The notes under the pieces were generated by a model that was not told where the DNA came from, searched no databases, and was given only the letters and a program-made list of their open reading frames with translations. DNA of 64,000 bases, taken from assembly GCA_047150005.1 (NCBI GenBank), contig AP038806.1, positions 1,504,001 through 1,568,000 of the forward strand, written 5' to 3'. The position numbers and the translations under genes are program-made. This DNA comes from Nitrospira sp. (GTDB taxonomy: Bacteria > Nitrospirota > Nitrospiria > Nitrospirales > Nitrospiraceae). Below, piece by piece: positions 58,426 through 64,000 of the stretch (position 1 is the first letter of the stretch; the number at the start of each line of letters is the position of its first letter).

Positions 58426-58517
58426 AAGAAAACAAGACCAATAGCCTATAAAATAACCGGCGCCCTAAGCGCCGACCACGGGCGACCACCTCCCACCAGC
58501 GGATGAGGTCGCCCGTG
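58426..58517 (-). terminator. Hairpins plus U-rich tract, probable terminator of the permease gene
   Basis: CGGCGC/GCGCCG (58458-58474) followed on the minus strand by TTATTTT; 11-bp stem at 58477-58487/58507-58517. Confidence 0.55.
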
Positions 58518-58606
58518 CCGTCTCTGCAGCACCCCCTGCTTTCGGTGCGGCGTTGAGCATTGGTCCATCTCACAGCGTCCTCGCTCGTTTCGTCAAGCCG
58601 CTCGGA

Positions 58607-59965
58607 TTACGGCTTGGGGGAAGATCGATCTGTTTTCCACCACCAGTAGAGCGGGATCCCGCTCAAAATGGTCGCGGCGCCGAAGAGCGATTCGGCCGGA
58701 CGCTGGAGCAGGCTGTAGCCGACGAGGAATAAGGCTCCGGCCACGAGCGCAGCAGGCAACAGAGGATACCAGGGAGCGCGGTAGGCATCGGACACGGCCG
58801 AACTACGTGATCGCAGGCGGAAGACGGACGAGAGCGTCAGGGCGAGGAACAAGGACAGCACGAGGCCGCTGTAGACGAGCAACTGCTCGAACGTCCCACT
58901 GAGGATCAGCAGCGACGCCCAGAGGCTCTGGGTGACGATCGCACGGGCCGGTGCGCCGGTTGTCGGGCGCAGCGCGGCGAGCCATGGGCTGACGATCCCG
59001 TCGCGCGCCATGGCCCAGTACACACGGGGGCCGGCCCAGGTCATGGCGCTCACAGCTCCCGCAATGGACAGGCAGAGGATGCCGGAAACGAGTCGTCCGC
59101 CTCCCGGCCCCCACAAGGCGGCCGCCGCTTTCTCCGCCACCGGTACGATCGGCTCCCGGGCGAGCTCGGGAATCGACAAGGCCGACAGATAGACGAGATT
59201 CAGGAGCAGATAGACGGCGGCGACGAACGCCGTGCCTCCGATCATGATGCGCGGCAGGGTGCGCCGCGGGTCGGCAATGTCGCTTGCAATATAGCCCGCC
59301 ACGTTCCATCCCATATAGCAGTAGGTGACGATCACCAATGACACGGCCGCCGCGCCGAGAGAGGGCTGCGCGTGCACCGGTCGTTCGGTCAGATGGCCCC
59401 ACTCCCCTGCCGCCCAGAGACCGCCCAGGATCAGACCGCCGATGGCGACCACCTTGGTCGTGGTGAGCAGCAGTTGCATGCGCCCTCCCGTGCCCACCCC
59501 ACGGCAATGGACCAAGGTGACCGTCCACAGTAGGGAGAGCGAGAGACCTCGCCCCAGCCAGCCGGTGTCGTCGGCGATGGGGATGACCTGTAGCGCATAG
59601 GACGCGAAGCTGATCGACGAGGCCGCCACGGCCGCGCCGAACCCGATGGTGAAGGACGCCCATCCGCTGAGAAAGGCCGCGACCGGTCCGTACGCCTGTC
59701 TCAGATACACATAATCGCCACCCGCGTGCGGCAGGAGCGAGCCGAGCTCTCCGTACACCGTGGCGCCGCCGACCGCGAACAGCGCCCCGATGAGCCACAG
59801 CAAGAGGATGAGCAGCGGATCGCCCAGATCCCGCGCCATGATGCCGGTCGTCGTAAAGATGCCGCCGCCGATCATATTGCTGACCAGCACGCAGGCGGCG
59901 GTGAACCAGCCGATGGTCGTTCGAGAACGGTCGGAGGGACGGCTCGAAGGCGGTGAGAGACTCAT
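58607..59965 (-). CDS. APC family amino acid permease
   Basis: MIGGGIF, YGELG..P.AGG.Y.YL, YMGWN, GPRVY.AMARDG. Confidence 0.9.
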   Translation of the reverse strand: MSLSPPSSRPSDRSRTTIGWFTAACVLVSNMIGGGIFTTTGIMARDLGDPLLILLLWLIGALFAVGGATVYGELGSLLPHAGGDYVYLRQAYGPVAAFLSGWASFTIGFGAAVAASSISFASYALQVIPIADDTGWLGRGLSLSLLWTVTLVHCRGVGTGGRMQLLLTTTKVVAIGGLILGGLWAAGEWGHLTERPVHAQPSLGAAAVSLVIVTYCYMGWNVAGYIASDIADPRRTLPRIMIGGTAFVAAVYLLLNLVYLSALSIPELAREPIVPVAEKAAAALWGPGGGRLVSGILCLSIAGAVSAMTWAGPRVYWAMARDGIVSPWLAALRPTTGAPARAIVTQSLWASLLILSGTFEQLLVYSGLVLSLFLALTLSSVFRLRSRSSAVSDAYRAPWYPLLPAALVAGALFLVGYSLLQRPAESLFGAATILSGIPLYWWWKTDRSSPKP

Positions 59966-60050
59966 GGGCCCGTCAGTGTAGTCCGGCGGCCTTGAGATTT
60001 CGAGCTGTTCCCGCTTTTCTTTCTCGGCCGGCTCACATACCATAGGTCCC

Positions 60051-61049
60051 ATGGCGGAGAGAAAAGGAAAAAAGGGCTCCGGCTCCGTTGCCGTCAAACG
60101 ACGGAAACGACCGGTCGGCGCATCGATCGGGCTGGCCGCGGCTGAATTGCAGGCCGCCGCGCCTCCTGGGGAGGTCGCGCAGCTGCATCGGACGATCGAG
60201 GAAGACGGCGGGAAGGTGCTGGCGGTGTATCGGGAGCCCTACGGAGGCCGCTGGCTGGTGCTGGCGGCGCTGCCGATCGACCTCGTCGAGCCGACGCCGT
60301 ATCAGCGCAACCTCTCCGATACCCACGTGAGAAAGCTCGAGGCCGTCATCGGCAAGATCGGCCGTTTCCTCGATCCGATCATCGCGGTGCGGATGCCGAA
60401 GCCGGATGAGGTCGCGAAATACTGGACGCCGAACGGCAACCATCGGCTGTCCGCCATGCGGACGCTCGGCGCCAAGAGCATCGTCGCCATCGTAGTCCCT
60501 GAGTCGACTGCGGCCTATCAAATCCTGGCATTGAATACGGAAAAGGCCCACAACCTCCGTGAGAAAGCCTTGGAAGTCATCCGCATGTACAAAGAACTCG
60601 CGCAGCTCGATGACGCCGCCGAAGACGCCTACGCTTTGGAATTCGAGGAACCGTCGCTGATCACGCTGGGACTCTGCTATGAGGACCGGCCGCGATTCAG
60701 CGGCGGGGCCTACCATCCCGTCCTGAAGCGCGTCGAGCAGTTCTTGCACATGCCTATGCAGGCGGGACTCGACCGACGGCGGGGTATGGCCAAGGTACTG
60801 CTGGCGTTGGACGACGAAATCGTCAAGCAGGTCGAGGCTCTCAAGGCGCGAGGTCTCACCAGCCCCTACTTGAAGAGTTTCCTCGTGGCACGTGTGAATC
60901 CGGTGCGGTTCAGGCCCAAGGATGCCGCGCCCCTGTCCTTTGATGAGGCGCTCGACCGAATGGCCAAGGCCGCGGCGAAGTTCGACCCGGACAAGGTCAA
61001 GCCGAACGATCTGGCTCGATCCGGTGGCGCTCCGGACGAGGGTGAATAG
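60051..61049 (+). CDS. ParB/Srx N-terminal domain protein
   Basis: PTPYQR, FLDPII, PNGNHRL, ALNTEK. Confidence 0.8.
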   Translation: MAERKGKKGSGSVAVKRRKRPVGASIGLAAAELQAAAPPGEVAQLHRTIEEDGGKVLAVYREPYGGRWLVLAALPIDLVEPTPYQRNLSDTHVRKLEAVIGKIGRFLDPIIAVRMPKPDEVAKYWTPNGNHRLSAMRTLGAKSIVAIVVPESTAAYQILALNTEKAHNLREKALEVIRMYKELAQLDDAAEDAYALEFEEPSLITLGLCYEDRPRFSGGAYHPVLKRVEQFLHMPMQAGLDRRRGMAKVLLALDDEIVKQVEALKARGLTSPYLKSFLVARVNPVRFRPKDAAPLSFDEALDRMAKAAAKFDPDKVKPNDLARSGGAPDEGE

Positions 61050-61148
61050 CGCCCGGCCTCGACCGGCCATCTGGTTTCACGTCCAAAAAGAGGTTTAGAA
61101 TACGTTTCATTCATAGCCGCGCTCCTCATTTTCGTAAAGGAGGATGCC

Positions 61149-61598
61149 ATGCTCGTACACGATATCATGTCCACGGGTTTCGTATCGGCGTATCCGACCG
61201 ATACGGTTCGCTCCGTCGTGATCAAAATGTTAAGCCGGCACTGTGGCGCCGTTCCGGTCGTCGAAGGCGACAACAGCCTTGTGGGGATCGTGACGGTGCG
61301 CGACATCCTGCTTCCGCTCTATCCGAACTATGGGGACTATATCCACGACAATGTTCACAGCCGGGACTTTCTCGCAATGGAGGAGGGCTATCCGGAGATC
61401 ATGGCGAAAAAAGTCGAAGAGGTGATGAGCAGGAACCCGCTGACCCTTCGCTCAAGCGCTCCGATCCTCGAAGCCGCTTCATACATGGGCCTCAAGAACT
61501 TCAGGCGGATTCCTGTCGTCGATCAGGGTCGGCTCGTGGGCATGGTCAGCATCGGGGACATCAATCGAGGGCTGTTCTTCGCGCAGCAGGCTGCGTGA
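61149..61598 (+). CDS. CBS domain protein
   Basis: Two CBS repeats (VPVV..LVGIVT; IPVV..LVGMVS). Confidence 0.9.
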   Translation: MLVHDIMSTGFVSAYPTDTVRSVVIKMLSRHCGAVPVVEGDNSLVGIVTVRDILLPLYPNYGDYIHDNVHSRDFLAMEEGYPEIMAKKVEEVMSRNPLTLRSSAPILEAASYMGLKNFRRIPVVDQGRLVGMVSIGDINRGLFFAQQAA

Positions 61599-61660
61599 CG
61601 GGTGTGGTTGCGCTCGAAGAAGACGCCTCTTTAAAATAAAGTGTTTGAAGGAGGATCCTT

Positions 61661-62011
61661 ATGGGTCTGGCCGACAACAAGTGCGTGCCTTGTCGGGGCG
61701 GGGTGCCCCCGCTGCCGAACGAGCGGGCGCAGGCGCTGCTCAAGGAACTCGGCCGCGGTTGGGGAATCAACCAGCAGGGCCATCTCGAGCGGCTTTACAC
61801 CTTCGCCGATTTCGCCCAGGCGTTGGCTTTCGTCAACAAAGTGGGGGCCGTGGCGGAAGCGGAAGGCCATCATCCGGATCTCCATTTAGCATGGGGCAAG
61901 TGCAAGGTGGAAATCTGGACGCACAAGATCAATGGGTTGACGGAGAGCGATTTTTATCTGGCGGCGAAGGCTGATCGTGAATTCGGCCTGTTGAAGCCGT
62001 CCGCGAACTAG
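61661..62011 (+). CDS. phhB: Pterin-4a-carbinolamine dehydratase
   Basis: AEAEGHHPDL, WTH...GLTESDF.LAAK.D. Confidence 0.88.
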   Translation: MGLADNKCVPCRGGVPPLPNERAQALLKELGRGWGINQQGHLERLYTFADFAQALAFVNKVGAVAEAEGHHPDLHLAWGKCKVEIWTHKINGLTESDFYLAAKADREFGLLKPSAN

Positions 62012-62051
62012 CGTCGGTCCGGAGGCGTCCTCATGGCGAGCGAGGCGACGG

Positions 62052-63896
62052 ATGAGCGATAAGGCGGAGGTGGCCCTTGTCAACATGCCGTTCAGCTACT
62101 CGAAGTACCCCTCGATTCAGCTCGGCACCCTTTCGGCTCTCCTCAAATCTCAAGGCATTCCCGTCGATTGTCACCACCTCAACGTCCGCTTCGCCCACAA
62201 GATCGGGGCGCCGTTGTATGAACTGATCTGTGAGAAGCGCGCGCTGTTCGGGGAGTGGATCTTTTCGTACCTCTTGTTTCGCGACAATCCCAAGCGCGCC
62301 GAATATCCGCGGGTCTTCAAACCGGTCTTCGAGCAACTTGCCCAGGAGAGCGGGCGTTCACTTGATTACTTCGAAGACATGGCCGTCCGCACGGCCCCTC
62401 AGTTCCTGACCCAGGCGCTCACCTCGATCGATTGGGGGCAATACCGTCTCGTGGGCTTCACCTCGACCTTCGACCAAAACGTGGCCAGCCTGACCATGGC
62501 GAAGCTGATCAAGGACCTGTACCCGTCGGTCACGATCGTCTTCGGCGGCGCGAACTACGACGGCGACATGGGTCTCGAATACTTCAGGGCGTTTCCATTC
62601 ATCGACCACGTGGTCGTCGGCGAAGGAGAGGAGAGTTTTCCCCGCCTGGTCCGCAAGGTGCTGGGCCGTCATGCATCGGGATATCCCAACGGCATCGCGT
62701 ACCGTGAGGGACACGACATCCGGCTGACCCCCAATGCCTCGCTCTTTTCTGATTTCGCCAAGACGGGTCCTCCTGATTACGACGATTACTACCGCCTGCT
62801 GGCCGAATTGGGGGAATCGTCCCAGGGTTTGGACCGCATCCTCCTGTATGAGGGCTCGCGGGGGTGCTGGTGGGGTGAGAAACACCACTGTACGTTCTGC
62901 GGGCTGAACGCGCAAAGCATGAAATTCCGCGCCAAATCTTCGGAGCAGGTGGCGCGGGAAATGACCTACCTCTCGCATCGATACGACACGGCCAGGTTCA
63001 GGCTGGTCGACAACATCATCGACATGAAATATGTCGAGGATCTCTTCGGAAAATTCGCGGCGGCCCACTGCGACCTCGACGTGTTCATCGAAACCAAGAG
63101 CAATCTCCACAAGAGTCAAATCCGCACGCTCGCGGTCGGCGGAGTAAAGTGCATGCAACCGGGCCTGGAGTCCCTAAGCCTCAACCAGCTGAGGGCGATG
63201 GACAAGGGCGTGACCCCGATGCAGAACATCCTGTGCCTGAAATGGAGTTTCTATTATCGGGTGGCCGTGTCCTGGAACATTCTCCTGGGATTTCCGGGCG
63301 AGACCAACGAGGACTATCGCCGTCAGATCGACGTGATCCCGTCGTTGCTGCATCTCCAGCCGCCGGAGTCCACGGGAAAGTTCTGGCTGGAGCGGTTCAG
63401 TCCCTATTACATGAGGCCGCAGGAATACGGCGTGCGGATCACGGGTCCCGGCGCGGCGTACGAATATATATACGACTCGCGTCAGGTCGACCTGAAGAAG
63501 ATCGCATACGATTTCGAGTATGAGTTGGACGACTGGCCGGTCGATCCGCATGTGTATCAGGAGCTGGTTTCGGAGATCGAGGGCTGGCGCCGTCTGCATA
63601 TGTCGAACGACCGGCCGTTCCTGTACTATTCCAAGGCGCTGAATTACGTGACAGTGTATGACGGACGAACACCCGGCTCCCCCATCCGCAGGCGGTACGA
63701 CGGTCTGGCGGCGCAGGTGATCGAAATTTGCAATGAGGCGGCGAAAGGCCCCGAACAGATTCAGGCGGCGCTCGCCCGCGAAGCGGGTGATGAACCGTTG
63801 GCGCCGGTGCTGGCTGACCTGACCGCCCGGCGCATCCTCTACGAAGAGCGAGGGAAGTACTTCACGTTGGCCATCCCAGAACATCCCTACCTGTGA
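62052..63896 (+). CDS. B12-binding radical SAM protein of the RiPP C-methyltransferase type
   Basis: GFTSTFDQ, FGGAN, GEGE, SRGCWWGEKHHCTFC (CX7CX2C), QPGLES. Confidence 0.88.
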   Translation: MSDKAEVALVNMPFSYSKYPSIQLGTLSALLKSQGIPVDCHHLNVRFAHKIGAPLYELICEKRALFGEWIFSYLLFRDNPKRAEYPRVFKPVFEQLAQESGRSLDYFEDMAVRTAPQFLTQALTSIDWGQYRLVGFTSTFDQNVASLTMAKLIKDLYPSVTIVFGGANYDGDMGLEYFRAFPFIDHVVVGEGEESFPRLVRKVLGRHASGYPNGIAYREGHDIRLTPNASLFSDFAKTGPPDYDDYYRLLAELGESSQGLDRILLYEGSRGCWWGEKHHCTFCGLNAQSMKFRAKSSEQVAREMTYLSHRYDTARFRLVDNIIDMKYVEDLFGKFAAAHCDLDVFIETKSNLHKSQIRTLAVGGVKCMQPGLESLSLNQLRAMDKGVTPMQNILCLKWSFYYRVAVSWNILLGFPGETNEDYRRQIDVIPSLLHLQPPESTGKFWLERFSPYYMRPQEYGVRITGPGAAYEYIYDSRQVDLKKIAYDFEYELDDWPVDPHVYQELVSEIEGWRRLHMSNDRPFLYYSKALNYVTVYDGRTPGSPIRRRYDGLAAQVIEICNEAAKGPEQIQAALAREAGDEPLAPVLADLTARRILYEERGKYFTLAIPEHPYL

Positions 63897-63932
63897 GGGA
63901 CTGACTCCGGCGTGGGCCGGTGGCTGTCCCGG

Positions 63933-64000
63933 TTACATCGAGAGCTTCTCGGCGACGTTCCGCATCTGCACACCGTGAACCAACGAGGCTCCTCCACGGA
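63933..64000 (-). CDS. C-terminus of AhpD/carboxymuconolactone decarboxylase-like protein (truncated by window edge)
   Basis: RGGASLVHGVQMRNVAEKLSM*; only 21 residues visible. Confidence 0.55.
   Translation of the reverse strand, partial: RGGASLVHGVQMRNVAEKLSM

Noticed and set aside
60051..61049. Chromosome or plasmid partition locus
   Set aside because: No parA or recognisable parS nearby; treated as a stand-alone ParB/Srx-domain protein.

Overview
GC-rich bacterial chromosome segment, probably Nitrospira-like (inferred from gene content, the tmRNA tag ANQELALAA and the style of intergenic repeats; not verified). In order: an S24/CI-like repressor and a decayed type II restriction-modification locus (0.4-3.0 kb); a DoxX/pirin/DsbA/VOC/CDGSH stress operon behind a palindromic operator (3.1-9.4 kb); USP and YbaL with deletion scars; a pqqABCDE cluster with a C-terminally extended PqqA missing from the ORF track, plus a PQQ-type sugar dehydrogenase (12.5-17 kb); urea transporter, beta-carbonic anhydrase and a 4-heme cytochrome c; a triple-GAF sigma54 activator with three matching enhancer/promoter modules upstream of a DedA-rhodanese gene and two RND efflux systems (25-45.5 kb); a YciI/BNR/ubiquitin-like cluster with ECF42-type promoters; a frameshifted toxin-antitoxin pair; tmRNA followed by a 77-bp-period hairpin array; PPK2, two DUF4412-like proteins, an APC permease, a ParB-like protein and an orphan B12 radical-SAM enzyme. 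The strongest novelty candidate is a ~335-nt, densely paired, possibly doubly pseudoknotted non-coding RNA with its own promoter (58091-58425). All family assignments come from motif recognition by eye; no database searches were run.
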